From Eledone cirrhosa (Eukaryota): 64,000 nt of DNA. The position numbers and the translations under genes were made by a program. The stretch lies in contig CAXHJY010001738.1 of NCBI GenBank assembly GCA_964016885.1, positions 310,001 to 374,000 of the forward strand, in the 5' to 3' direction. The stretch's first letter is position 1. Each line of letters opens with the position of its first letter. Below are positions 25,765 through 38,600 of the stretch, piece by piece. The notes beneath the pieces are model-generated. The model had not been told where the DNA came from and did no database searches. It saw only the letters and a list, made by a program, of their open reading frames with translations.

Positions 25765-28700
25765 GGGTTTGCAGACGGTGGTGTCCGGGTTTGCAGACGG
25801 TGGTGCCAGGGTTTGCAGACGGTGGTGTCCGGGTTTGCAGACGGTGGTGTCCGGGTTTGCAGACGGTGGTGCCAGGGTTTGAAGACGGTGGTGCCCGGGT
25901 TTGCGGGAGATGGTGTCAGGGTTTGCGGGAGATGGTGCCCGGGTTTGCAGACGGTGGTGTCCGGGATGCAGACGGTGGTGCCAGGGTTTGAAGACGGTGG
26001 TGCACGGGTTTGCGGGAGATGGTGCCAGGGTTTGCGGGAGATGGTGCCCGGGTTTGCAGACGGTGGTGCCAGGGTTTGCAGACGGTGGTGCCAGGGTTTG
26101 AAGACGGTGGTGCCCGGGTTTCCAGACGGTGGTACCAGGGTTTGAAGACGGTGGTGCCCGGGTTTGCGGGAGATGGTGTCAGGGTTTGCGGGAGATGGTG
26201 CCAGGGTTTGAAGACGGTGGTGTCCGGGTTTGCAGACGGTGGTGCCAGGGTTTGAAGACGGTGGTGCCCGGGTTTGCAGGAGATGGTGCCAGGGTTTGCG
26301 GGAGATGGTGCCCGGGTTTGCAGACGGTGGTGTCCGGGTTTGCAGACGGTGGTGCCAGGGTTTGAAGACGGTGGTGCCCGGGTTTGCGGGAGATGGTGCC
26401 AGGGTTTGCGGGAGATGGTGCCAGGGTTTGCGGGAGATGGTGCCCGGGTTTGCAGACGGTGGTGTCCGGGTTTGCAGACGGTGGTGCCAGGGTTTGCGGG
26501 AGGTGGTGTCAGGGTTTGCGGGAGATGGTGCCCGTGTTTGCAGACGGTGGTGCCCGGGTTTGCAGACGGTGGTGCCAGGGTTTGCGGGAGGTGGTGTCAG
26601 GGTTTGCAGACGGTGGTGCCCGTGTTTGCACACGGTGGTGCCAGGGTTTGCAGACGGTGGTCCCCGGGTTTGCAGACGGTGGTGCCAGGGTTTGCGGGAG
26701 GTGGTGTCAGGGTTTGCAGACGGTGGTGCCAGGGTTTGCGGGAGGTGGTGTCAGGGTTTGCAGACAGTGGTTCCAGGGTTTGCAGACGGTGGTACCAGGG
26801 TTTGCAGACGGTGGTGCCCGGGTTTGCAGACGGTGGTGCCCGGGTTTGCAGACGGTGGTACCAGGGTTTGCAGACGGTGGTGCCCGGGTTTGCAGACGGT
26901 GGTGCCAGGGTTTGCGGGAGGTGGTGTCAGGCTTTGCAGACGGTGGTGCCAGGGTTTGCAGACGGTGGTACCAGTGTTTGCAGACGGTGGTGCCCGGGTT
27001 TGCAGACGGTGGTGCCAGGGTTTGCAGACGGTGGTGTCCGGGTTTGCAGACGGTGGTGCTAGGGTTTGCGGGAGGTGGTAGCAGGGTTTGCAGACGGTGG
27101 TGCCAGGGTTTGCGGGAGATGGTGTCCGGGTTTGCAGACGGTGGTGCCAGGGTTTGCAGACGGTGGTGTCCGGGTTTGCAGACGGTGGTGCCAGGGTTTG
27201 CGGGAGGTGGTGTCAGGGTTTGCAGACGGTGGTGCCAGGGTTTGCGGGAGGTGGTGTCAGGGTTTGCAGACGGTGGTGCCAGGGTTTGCAGACGGTGGTG
27301 TCCGGGTTTGCAGACGGTGGTGCCAGGGTTTGCGGGAGGTGGTGTCAGGGTTTGCAGACGGTGGTGCCAGGGTTTGCGGGAGGTGGTGTCCGGGTTTGCA
27401 GACGGTGGTGCCAGGGTTTGCGGGAGGTGGTGTCAGGGTTTGCAGACGGTGGTTCCAGGGTTTGCAGACGGTGGTACCAGGGTTTGCAGACGGTGGTGCT
27501 CGGGTTTGCAGACGGTGGTGCCCGGGTTTGCAGACGGTGGTGCCAGGGTTTGCAGACGGTGGTACCAGGGTTTGCAGACGGTGGTGCCCGGGTTTCCAGA
27601 CGGTGGTGCCAGGGTTTGCGGGAGGTGGTGTCCGGGTTTGCAGACGGTGGTGCCAGGGTTTGCGGGAGGTGGTGTCCGGGTTTGCAGACGGTGGTGCCAG
27701 GGTTTGCAGACGGTGGTGCCCGGGTTTGCAGACGGTGGTGCCAGGGTTTGCGGGAGGTGGTGTCCGGGTTTGCAGACGGTGGTGCCAGGGTTTGCGGGAG
27801 GTGGTGTCCGGGTTTGCAGACGGTGGTGCCAGGGTTTGCGGGAGGTGGTGTCCGGGTTTGCAGAGGGTGCCAGGGTTTCCAGACGGTGGTACCAGGGTTT
27901 GCAGACGGTGGTGCCCGGGTTTGCAGACGGTGGTGCCCGGGTTTGCAGACGGTGGTACCAGGGTTTGCAGACGGTGGTACCAGGGTTTGCAGACGGTGGT
28001 GCCCGGGTTTGCAGACGGTAGTTCCAGGGTTTGCAGACGGTGGTGCCCGGGTTTGCAGACGGTGGTACCAGGGTTTGCAGACGGTGGTACCAGGGTTTGC
28101 AGACGGTGGTGTCCGGGTTTGCAGACGGTGGTGACGGGGTTTGCAGACGGTGGTGCCCGGGTTTGCAGACGGTGGTACCAGGGTTTGCAGACGGTGGTAC
28201 CAGGGTTTGCAGACGGTGGTGTCCGGGTTTGCAGACGGTGGTGCCCGGGTTTGCAGACGGTGGTGCCCGGGTTTGCAGACGGTGGTGTCAGGGTTTGCAG
28301 ACGGTGGTACCAGGGTTTGCAGACGGTGGTTTCCGGGTTTGCAGACGGTGGCGCCCGGGTTTGCAGACGGTGGTACCAGCGTTTGCAGACGGTGGTACCA
28401 GGGTTTGCAGACGGTGGTGCCCGGGTTTGCAGACGGTGGTACCAGGGTTTGCAGACGGTGGTGTCAGGGTTTGCAGACGGTGGTGCCCGGGTTTGCAGAC
28501 GGTGGTGTCCGGGTTTGCAGACGGTGGTGCCCGGGTTTGCAGACGGTGGTACCAGGGTTTGAAGATGGTGGTGCCAGGGTTTGCGGGAGGTGGTGCCAGT
28601 GTTTGCAGACGGTGGTGTCAGGGTTTGCAGACGGTGGTACCAGGGTTTGCAGACGGTGGTACCAGGGTTTGCAGACGGTGGTGTCAGGGTTTGCAGACGG

Positions 28701-31700
28701 TGGTACCCGGGTTTGCAGACGGTGGTGTCAGGCTTTGCAGACCGTGGTGCCAGGGTTTGCAGACGGTGGTGTCCGGGTTTGCAGACGGTGGTGCCAGGGT
28801 TTGCAGACGGTGGTGTCCGGGTTTGCAGACGGTGGTGTCCGGGTTTGCAGACGGTGGTGCCAGGGTTTGAAGACGGTGGTGCCCGGGTTTGCGGGAGATG
28901 GTGTCAGGGTTTGCGGGAGATGGTGCCCGGGTTTGCAGACGGTGGTGTCCGGGATGCAGACGGTGGTGCCAGGGTTTGAAGACGGTGGTGCACGGGTTTG
29001 CGGGAGATGGTGCCAGGGTTTGCGGGAGATGGTGCCCGGGTTTGCAGACGGTGGTGCCAGGGTTTGCAGACGGTGGTGCCAGGGTTTGAAGACGGTGGTG
29101 CCCGGGTTTCCAGACGGTGGTACCAGGGTTTGAAGACGGTGGTGCCCGGGTTTGCGGGAGATGGTGTCAGGGTTTGCGGGAGATGGTGCCAGGGTTTGAA
29201 GACGGTGGTGTCCGGGTTTGCAGACGGTGGTGCCAGGGTTTGAAGACGGTGGTGCCCGGGTTTGCAGGAGATGGTGCCAGGGTTTGCGGGAGATGGTGCC
29301 CGGGTTTGCAGACGGTGGTGTCCGGGTTTGCAGACGGTGGTGCCAGGGTTTGAAGACGGTGGTGCCCGGGTTTGCGGGAGATGGTGCCAGGGTTTGCGGG
29401 AGATGGTGCCAGGGTTTGCGGGAGATGGTGCCCGGGTTTGCAGACGGTGGTGTCCGGGTTTGCAGACGGTGGTGCCAGGGTTTGCGGGAGGTGGTGTCAG
29501 GGTTTGCGGGAGATGGTGCCCGTGTTTGCAGACGGTGGTGCCCGGGTTTGCAGACGGTGGTGCCAGGGTTTGCGGGAGGTGGTGTCAGGGTTTGCAGACG
29601 GTGGTGCCCGTGTTTGCACACGGTGGTGCCAGGGTTTGCAGACGGTGGTCCCCGGGTTTGCAGACGGTGGTGCCAGGGTTTGCGGGAGGTGGTGTCAGGG
29701 TTTGCAGACGGTGGTGCCAGGGTTTGCGGGAGGTGGTGTCAGGGTTTGCAGACAGTGGTTCCAGGGTTTGCAGACGGTGGTACCAGGGTTTGCAGACGGT
29801 GGTGCCCGGGTTTGCAGACGGTGGTGCCCGGGTTTGCAGACGGTGGTACCAGGGTTTGCAGACGGTGGTGCCCGGGTTTGCAGACGGTGGTGCCAGGGTT
29901 TGCGGGAGGTGGTGTCAGGCTTTGCAGACGGTGGTGCCAGGGTTTGCAGACGGTGGTACCAGTGTTTGCAGACGGTGGTGCCCGGGTTTGCAGACGGTGG
30001 TGCCAGGGTTTGCAGACGGTGGTGTCCGGGTTTGCAGACGGTGGTGCTAGGGTTTGCGGGAGGTGGTAGCAGGGTTTGCAGACGGTGGTGCCAGGGTTTG
30101 CGGGAGATGGTGTCCGGGTTTGCAGACGGTGGTGCCAGGGTTTGCAGACGGTGGTGTCCGGGTTTGCAGACGGTGGTGCCAGGGTTTGCGGGAGGTGGTG
30201 TCAGGGTTTGCAGACGGTGGTGCCAGGGTTTGCGGGAGGTGGTGTCAGGGTTTGCAGACGGTGGTGCCAGGGTTTGCAGACGGTGGTACCAGGGTTTGCA
30301 GACGGTGGTGCCCGGGTTTGCAGACGGTGGTGCCAGGGTTTGCAGACGGTGGTGTCCGGGTTTGCAGACGGTGGTGCCAGGGTTTGCGGGAGGTGGTGTC
30401 AGGGTTTGCAGACGGTGGTGCCAGGGTTTGCGGGAGGTGGTGTCCGGGTTTGCAGACGGTGGTGCCAGGGTTTGCGGGAGGTGGTGTCAGGGTTTGCAGA
30501 CGGTGGTTCCAGGGTTTGCAGACGGTGGTACCAGGGTTTGCAGACGGTGGTGCTCGGGTTTGCAGACGGTGGTGCCCGGGTTTGCAGACGGTGGTGCCAG
30601 GGTTTGCAGACGGTGGTACCAGGGTTTGCAGACGGTGGTGCCCGGGTTTCCAGACGGTGGTGCCAGGGTTTGCGGGAGGTGGTGTCCGGGTTTGCAGACG
30701 GTGGTGCCAGGGTTTGCGGGAGGTGGTGTCCGGGTTTGCAGACGGTGGTGCCAGGGTTTGCAGACGGTGGTGCCCGGGTTTGCAGACGGTGGTGCCAGGG
30801 TTTGCGGGAGGTGGTGTCCGGGTTTGCAGACGGTGGTGCCAGGGTTTGCGGGAGGTGGTGTCCGGGTTTGCAGACGGTGGTGCCAGGGTTTGCGGGAGGT
30901 GGTGTCCGGGTTTGCAGAGGGTGCCAGGGTTTCCAGACGGTGGTACCAGGGTTTGCAGACGGTGGTGCCCGGGTTTGCAGACGGTGGTGCCCGGGTTTGC
31001 AGACGGTGGTACCAGGGTTTGCAGACGGTGGTACCAGGGTTTGCAGACGGTGGTGCCCGGGTTTGCAGACGGTAGTTCCAGGGTTTGCAGACGGTGGTGC
31101 CCGGGTTTGCAGACGGTGGTACCAGGGTTTGCAGACGGTGGTACCAGGGTTTGCAGACGGTGGTGTCCGGGTTTGCAGACGGTGGTGACGGGGTTTGCAG
31201 ACGGTGGTGCCCGGGTTTGCAGACGGTGGTACCAGGGTTTGCAGACGGTGGTACCAGGGTTTGCAGACGGTGGTGTCCGGGTTTGCAGACGGTGGTGCCC
31301 GGGTTTGCAGACGGTGGTGCCCGGGTTTGCAGACGGTGGTGTCAGGGTTTGCAGACGGTGGTACCAGGGTTTGCAGACGGTGGTTTCCGGGTTTGCAGAC
31401 GGTGGCGCCCGGGTTTGCAGACGGTGGTACCAGCGTTTGCAGACGGTGGTACCAGGGTTTGCAGACGGTGGTGCCCGGGTTTGCAGACGGTGGTACCAGG
31501 GTTTGCAGACGGTGGTGTCAGGGTTTGCAGACGGTGGTGCCCGGGTTTGCAGACGGTGGTGTCCGGGTTTGCAGACGGTGGTGCCCGGGTTTGCAGACGG
31601 TGGTACCAGGGTTTGAAGATGGTGGTGCCAGGGTTTGCGGGAGGTGGTGCCAGTGTTTGCAGACGGTGGTGTCAGGGTTTGCAGACGGTGGTACCAGGGT

Positions 31701-31880
31701 TTGCAGACGGTGGTACCAGGGTTTGCAGACGGTGGTGTCAGGGTTTGCAGACGGTGGTACCCGGGTTTGCAGACGGTGGTGTCAGGCTTTGCAGACCGTG
31801 GTGCCAGGGTTTGCAGACGGTGGTGTCCGGGTTTGCAGACGGTGGTGCCAGGGTTTGCAGACGGTGGTGTCCGGGTTTGC
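25765..31880 (+). repeat. Tandem duplication of a 2,988-bp block; copy 2 has 3 extra monomers (offset 3054 after ~30280)
   Basis: ORF pairs 25901/28889, 26230/29218, 27066/30054, then 28031/31085. Shared indels GGGATGCAG (-1; ~25965/28953) and CAGAGGGTGCC (-3; ~27865/30918). 136 x 22 - 4 = 2988. Confidence 0.93.
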
Positions 31881-34800
31881 GGGAGGTGATGTCCGGGTTC
31901 GCAGACGGTGGTGTCCGGGTTTGCAGACGGTGGTGCCAGGCTTTGCAGACGGTGGTGTCCGGGTTTGCAGGCGGTGGTGCCAGGGTTTGCAGACGGTGGT
32001 GTCAGGGTTTGCAGACGGTGGTGCCAGGGTTTGCAGACGGTGGTGTCCGGGTTTGCAGACGGTGGTGTCCGGGTTTGCAGACGGTGGTCTCCGGGTTTGC
32101 AGACGGTGGTGTCCGGGTTTGCAGACGGTGGTGCCCGGGTTTGCAGACGGTGGTGTCAGGGTTTGCAGACGGTGGTACCAGGGTTTGCAGACGGTGGTTT
32201 CCGGGTTTGCAGACGGTGGTGCCCGGGTTTGCAGACGGTGGTACCAGGGTTTGCAGACGGTGGTACCAGGGTTTGCAGACGGTGGTGCCCGGGTTTGCAG
32301 ACGGTGGTACCAGGGTTTGCAGACGGTGGTGTCAGGGTTTGCAGACGGTGGTGCCCGGGTTTGCAGACGGTGGTGTCCGGGTTTGCAGACGGTGGTGCCC
32401 GGGTTTGCAGACGGTGGTACCAGGGTTTGAAGATGGTGGTGCCAGGGTTTGCGGGAGGTGGTGCCAGTGTTTGCAGACGGTGGTGTCAGGGTTTGCAGAC
32501 GGTGGTACCAGGGTTTGCAGACGGTGGTACCAGGGTTTGCAGACGGTGGTGTCAGGGTTTGCAGACGGTGGTACCCGGGTTTGCAGACGGTGGTGTCAGC
32601 GTTTGCAGACGGTGGTGCCCGGGTTTGCAGACGGTGGTGTCCGGGTTTGCAGACGGTGGTGCCAGGGTTTGCAGACGGTGGTGTCAGGGTTTGCAGACCG
32701 TGGTGCCAGGGTTTGCAGACGGTGGTGTCCGGGTTTGCAGACGGTGGTGCCAGGGTTTGCAGACGGTGGTGTCCGGGTTTGCGGGAGGTGATGTCCGGGT
32801 TCGCAGACGGTGGTGTCTGGGTTTGCAGACGGTGGTGCCAGGCTTTGCAGACGGTGGTGTCCGGGTTTGCAGACGGTGGTGTCCGGGTTTGCAGACGGTG
32901 GTGTCCGGGTTTGCAGACGGTGGTGCCAGGGTTTGCAGACGGTGGTGCCCGGATTTGCAGACGGTGGTGTCCGGGTTTGCAGACGGTGGTGCCCGGGTTT
33001 GCAGACGGTGGTACCAGGGTTTGCAGACGGTGGTGCCAGGGTTTGCGGGATGTGGTGCCAGGGTTTGCAGACGGTGGTGTCAGGGTTTGCAGACGGTGGT
33101 ACCAGGGTTTGCAGACGGTGGTACCAGGGTTTGCAGACGGTGGTGTCAGGGTTTGCAGACGGTGGTGCCCGGGTTTGCAGACGGTGGTGTCAGGGTTTGC
33201 AGACGGTGGTGCCCGGGTTTGCAGACGGTGGTGTCCGGGTTTGCAGACGGTGGTGCCAGGGTTTGCAGACGGTGGTGTCAGGGTTTGCAGACGGTGGTGC
33301 CAGGGTTTGCAGACGGTGGTGTCCGGGTTTGCAGACGGTGGTGCCAGGGTTTGCAGACGGTGGTGTCCGGGTTTGCGGGAGGTGATGTCCGGGTTCGCAG
33401 ACGGTGGTGTCCGGGTTTGCCGAAGGTGGTGCCAGGCTTTGCAGACGGTGGTGTCCGGGTTTGCAGACGGTGGTACCAGGGCTTGCAGACGGTGGTGTCA
33501 GGGTTTGCAGACGGTGGTGCCAGGGTTTGCAGACGGTGGTGTCCGGGTTTGCAGACGGTGGTGCCCGGGTTTGCAGACGGTGGTACCAGGGTTTGCAGAC
33601 GGTGGTACCAGGGTTTGCAGACGGTGGTGTCCGGGTTTGCAGACGATGGTGCCCGGGTTTGCAGACGGTGGTATCCGGGTTTGCGGGAGGTGATGTCCGG
33701 GTTTGCCGACGGTGGTGCCAGGCTTTGCAGACGGTGGTGTCCGGGTTTGCAGACGGTGGTACCAGGGTTTGCAGACGGTGGTGTCAGGGTTTGCAGACGG
33801 TGGTGCCAGGGTTTGCAGACGGTGGTGTCCGGGTTTGCAGACGGTGGTACCAGGGTTTGCAGACGGTGGTACCAGGGTTTGCAGACGGTGGTGCCCGGGT
33901 TTGCAGACGGTGGTACCAGGGTTTGCAGACGGTGGTGTCAGGGTTTGCAGACGGTGGTGCCCGGATTTGCAGACGGTGGTGTCCGGGTTTGCAGACGGTG
34001 GTGCCCGGGTTTGCAGACGGTGGTACCAGGGTTTGCAGACGGTGGTGCCAGGATTTGCGGGAGGTGGTGCCAGGGTTTGCAGACGGTGGTGTCAGGGTTT
34101 GCAGACGGTGGTACCAGGGTTTGCAGACGGTGGTACCAGGGTTTGCAGACGGTGGTGTCAGGGTTTGCAGACGGGGGTGCCCGGGTTTGCAGACGGTGGT
34201 GTCAGGGTTTGCAGACGGTGGTGCCCGGGTTTGCAGACGGTGGTGTCCGGGTTTGCAGACGGTGGTGCCAGGGTTTGCAGACGGTGGTGTCAGGGTTTGC
34301 AGACGGTGGTGCCAGGGTTTGCAGACGGTGGTGTCCGGGTTTGCAGACGGTGGTGCCAGGGTTTGCAGACGGTGGTGTCCGGGTTTGCGGGAGGTGATGT
34401 CCGGGTTCGCAGACGGTGGTGTCCGGGTTTGCCGACGATGGTGCCAGGCTTTGCAGACGGTGGTGTCCGGGTTTGCAGACGGTGGTACCAGGGTTTGCAG
34501 ACGGTGGTGTCAGGGTTTGCAGACGGTGGTGCCAGGGTTTGCAGACGGTGGTGTCCGGGTTTGCAGACGGTGGTGCGAGGGTTTGCAGACGGTGGTGTCC
34601 GGGTTTGAGGGAGGTGATGTCCGGCTTCGCAGACGGTGGTGTCAGGGTTTGCAGACGGTGGTGCCCGGGTTTGCAGACGGTGGTGTCCGGGTTTGCAGAC
34701 GGTGGTGCCAGGGTTTGCAGACGGTGGTGTCAGGGTTTGCAGACGGTGGTGCCAGGGTTTGCAGACGGTGGTGTCCGGGTTTGCAGACGGTGGTGCCAGG

Positions 34801-35200
34801 GTTTGCAGACGGTGGTGTCCGGGTTTGCGGGAGGTGATGTCCGGGTTCGCAGACGGTGGTGTCCGGCTTTGCAGACGGTGGTGCCAGTGTTTGCAGACTG
34901 TGGTGTCCGGGTTCGCAGACGGTGGTGTCCGGGTTTGCAGACGGTGGTGCCAGGGTTTGCAGACGGTGGTGTCCGGATTTGCAGACGGTGGTGCCAGGGT
35001 TTGCAGACGGTGGTGTCAGGGTTTGCAGACGGTGGTGCCAGGGTTTGCAGACGGTGGTGTCCGGGTTTGCAGACGGTGGTGCCAGGGTTTGCAGACGGTG
35101 GTGTCCGGGTTTGCGGGAGGTGATGTCCGGGTTCGCAGACGGTGGTGTCCGGGTTTGCAGACGGTGGTGCCAGGGTTTGCAGACGGTGGTGTCCGGGTTT
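31880..35200 (+). repeat. Sub-array with variable-length higher-order units marked by GGGAGGTGATGTCCGGGTTCGC
   Basis: The TGA of the marker ends at 31889, 32791, 33385, 33693, 34397, ~34617, 34837 and 35123. Spacings are 41, 27, 14, 32, 10, 10 and 13 monomers. Confidence 0.8.
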
Positions 35201-35239
35201 GCACACGGTAGTGCCCGGGATGGGGGAGGTGGTGTCCGG

Positions 35240-35570
35240 GTTTGCAGACGGTGGTGCCCGGGTTTGCGGGAGGTGGTGTCAGGGTTTGCAGACGGTGCTG
35301 TCCGGGTTTGCAGACGGTGGTGTCCGGGTTTGCAGACGGTGGTGTCCGGGTTTGCAGACGGTGGTGCCCGGGTTTGCGGGAGGTGGTGTCCGGGTCTGCA
35401 GACGGTGCTGTCCGGGTTTGCAGACGGTGGTGTCCGGGTTTGCAGACGGTGGTGTCCGGGTCTGCAGACGGTGGTGCCCGGGTTTGCGGGGGGTGGTGTC
35501 CGGGTTTGCAGACGGTGCTGTCCGGGTTTGCAGACGGTGGTGCCCGGGTTTGCGGGAGGTGGTGTCCGGG
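35240..35570 (+). repeat. Local 110-bp (5-monomer) higher-order repeat, 3 copies
   Basis: The variant GACGGTGCTGTCC occurs at 35291, 35401 and 35511, each preceded by a GCGGG-type unit. Confidence 0.85.
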
Positions 35571-35699
35571 TTTGAAGACGGTGGTGTCCGGGTTTGCAGG
35601 CGGTGGTGCCAGGGTTTGCAGACCGTGGTCCCAGGGTTTGCAGACGGTGGTGTCAGGGTTTGCAGACGGTGGTGTCCGGGTTTGCAGACGGTGGTGTCC

Positions 35700-38600
35700 G
35701 GGTTTGCAGACGGTGGTGCCAGGGTTTGCGGGAGGTGGTGCCAGGGTTTGCAGACGGTGGTGTCCGGGTTTGCAGACGGTGGTGTCCGGGTTTGCAGACG
35801 GTGGTGCCAGGGTTTGCAGACGGTGGTGCCGGGGTTTGCAGACGATGGTGCCAGGGTTTGCGGGAGGTGGTGCCCGGGTTTGCAGACGGTGGTGCCAGGG
35901 TTTGCAGACGGTGGTGCCAGGGTTTGCGGGAGGTGGTGCCCGGGTTTTCAGACGGTGGTGCCAGGGTTTGCGGGATGTGGTACTCGGGTTTGCAGACGGT
36001 GGTGCCCAGGTTTGTGGGAGGTGGTGCCAGGGTTTGCAGACGGTGGTGCCAGGGTTTGCGGGATGTGGTGCCAGGCTGTGCAGACGGTGGTGCCAGGGTT
36101 TGCGGGATGTGGTGCCCGGGTTTGTAGACGGCGGTGTCCGGGTTTGCAGACGGTGGTGCCAGGGTTTGCAGACGGTGGTGTCCGGGTTTGCAGACGGTGG
36201 TGCCAGGGTTTGCAGACGGTGGTGCCAGGGTTTGCAGATGCTGGTGCCAGGGTTTGCAGACGGTTGTGTCCGGGTTTGCAGACGGTGGTGTCCGGGTTTG
36301 CAGACGGCGGTGTCCGGGTTTGCAGACGGTGGTGTCCAGGTTTGTAGACGGTGGTGCCAGGGTCTGCAGACGGTGGTGCCCGGGTTTGCAGACGGTGGTG
36401 CCAGGGTTTGCAGACGGTGGTGCCAGGGTTTGCAGACGGTGGTGCCAGTGTTCGCGGACGCTGGTGCCAGGGTTTGCAGACGGTGGTGTCCGGGTTTGCA
36501 GACGGTGGTGCCAGGGTTCGCAGACGCTGGTGCCAGTGTTTGCAGACGGTGGTGCCAGGGTTCGCGGGCGCTGGTGCCAGGGTTTGCAGACGGTGGTGTC
36601 CAGGTTTGCAGACGGTGGTGTCCGGTTTTGCAGACGGTGGTGCCCGGGTTTGCAGACGGTGGTGCGAGGGTTTGCAGACGGTGGTGTCCAGGTTTGCAGA
36701 CGGTGGTGTCCGGGTTTGCAGACGGTGGTGTCCGGGATTGCAGACGGTGGTGCCAGGTTTTGCGGGAGGTGGTGTCAGGGTTTGCGGGAGATGGTGCCCG
36801 GGTTTGCAGACGGTGGTGCCCGGGTTTGCGGGAGGTGGTGTCCAGGTTTGCAGACGGTGGTGTCCGGGTTTGCAGACGGTGGTGCCCGGATTTGCAGACG
36901 GTGGTGCGAGGATTTGCAGACGGTGGTGTCCAGGTTTGCAGACGGTGGTGTCCGGGTTTGCAGACGGTGGTGTCCGGGTTTGCAGACGGTGGTGCCAGGG
37001 TTTGCGGGAGGTGGTGTCCGGGTTTGCAAATGGTGGTGTCCGGGTTTGCAGACGGTGGTGCCAGGGTTCGCGGACGCTGGTGCCAGTGTTTGCAGACGGT
37101 GGTGCCAGGGTTCGCGGGCGCTGGTGCCAGGGTTTGCAGACGGTGGTGTCCAGGTTTGCAGACGGTGGTGTCCGGTTTTGCAGACGGTGGTGCCCGGGTT
37201 TGCAGACGGTGGTGCGAGGGTTTGCAGACGGTGGTGTCCAGGTTTGCAGACGGTGGTGTCCGGGTTTGCAGACGGTGGTGTCCGGGATTGCAGACGGTGG
37301 TGCCAGGTTTTGCGGGAGGTGGTGTCAGGGTTTGCGGGAGATGGTGCCCGGGTTTGCAGACGGTGGTGCCCGGGTTTGCGGGAGGTGGTGTCCAGGTTTG
37401 CAGACGGTGGTGTCCGGGTTTGCAGACGGTGGTGCCCGGATTTGCAGACGGTGGTGCGAGGATTTGCAGACGGTGGTGTCCAGGTTTGCAGACGGTGGTG
37501 TCCGGGTTTGCAGACGGTGGTGTCCGGGTTTGCAGACGGTGGTGCCAGGGTTTGCGGGAGGTGGTGTCCGGGTTTGCAGACGGTGCTGCCCGGGTTTGCA
37601 GACGGTGCTGCCCGGGTTTGCGGGAGATGGTGCCAGGGTTTGCGGGAGATGGTGCCCGGGTTTGCAGACGGTGGTGCCAGGGTTTGCAGACGGTGGTGAC
37701 AGGGTTAGCGGGAGGTGGTGTCAGGGTTTGCGGGAGATGGTGCCCGGGTTTGCAGACGGTGGTGTCCGGGTTTGCAGACGGTGGTGCCAGGGTTTGCAGA
37801 CGGTGGTGCCGGGGTTTGCAGACGATGGTGTCCGGGTTTGCAGGCGGTGGTGCCAGGGTTTGCAGACCGTGGTCTCAGGGTTTGCAGACGGTGTTGCCGG
37901 GGTTTGCAGACGATGGTGCCAGGGTTTGCGGGAGGTGGTGCCCGGGTTTGCAGACGGTGGTGCCAGGGTTTGCAGACGGTGGTGCCAGGGTTTGCGGGAG
38001 GTGGTGCCCGGGTTTTCAGACGATGGTGCCAGGGTTTGCGGGATGTGGTACCCGGGTTTGCAGACACTGGTGCCCAGATTTGCGGGAGGTGGTGCCAGGG
38101 ATTGCAGACGGTGGTGCCAGGGTTTGCGGGATGTGGTGCCAGGCTGTGCAGACGGTGGTGCCAGGGTTTGCGGGATGTGGTGCCCGGGTTTGTAGACGGC
38201 GGTGTTCGGGTTTGCAGACGGTGGTGCCAGGGTTTGCAGACGGTGGTGTCCGGGTTTGCAGACGGTGGTGCCAGGGTTTGCAGACGGTGGTGCCAGGGTT
38301 TGCAGATGCTGGTGCCATGGTTTGCAGACGGTTGTGTCCGGGTTTGCAGACGGTGGTGTCCGGGTTTGCAGACGGTGGTGTCCGGGTTTGCAGACGGTGG
38401 TGTCCGGGTTTGTAGACGGTGGTGCCAGGGTCTGCAGACGGTGGTGCCCGGGTTTGCAGACAGTGGTGCCAGGGTTTGCAGACGGTGGTGCCAGGGTTTG
38501 CAGACGGTGGTGCCAGGGTTCGCGGACGCTGGTGCCAGGGTTTGCAGACGGTGGTGTCCGGGTTTGCAGACGGTGGTGACAGGGTTCGCAGACGCTGGTG

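Noticed and set aside
36455-36580. Chi-like GCTGGTGC and minisatellite-core-like GGAGGTGG motifs
   Set aside because: GCTGGTGC is only a 7/8 match to E. coli Chi (GCTGGTGG). Such matches are expected by chance in a GGTGG-rich repeat, and the host is unknown.
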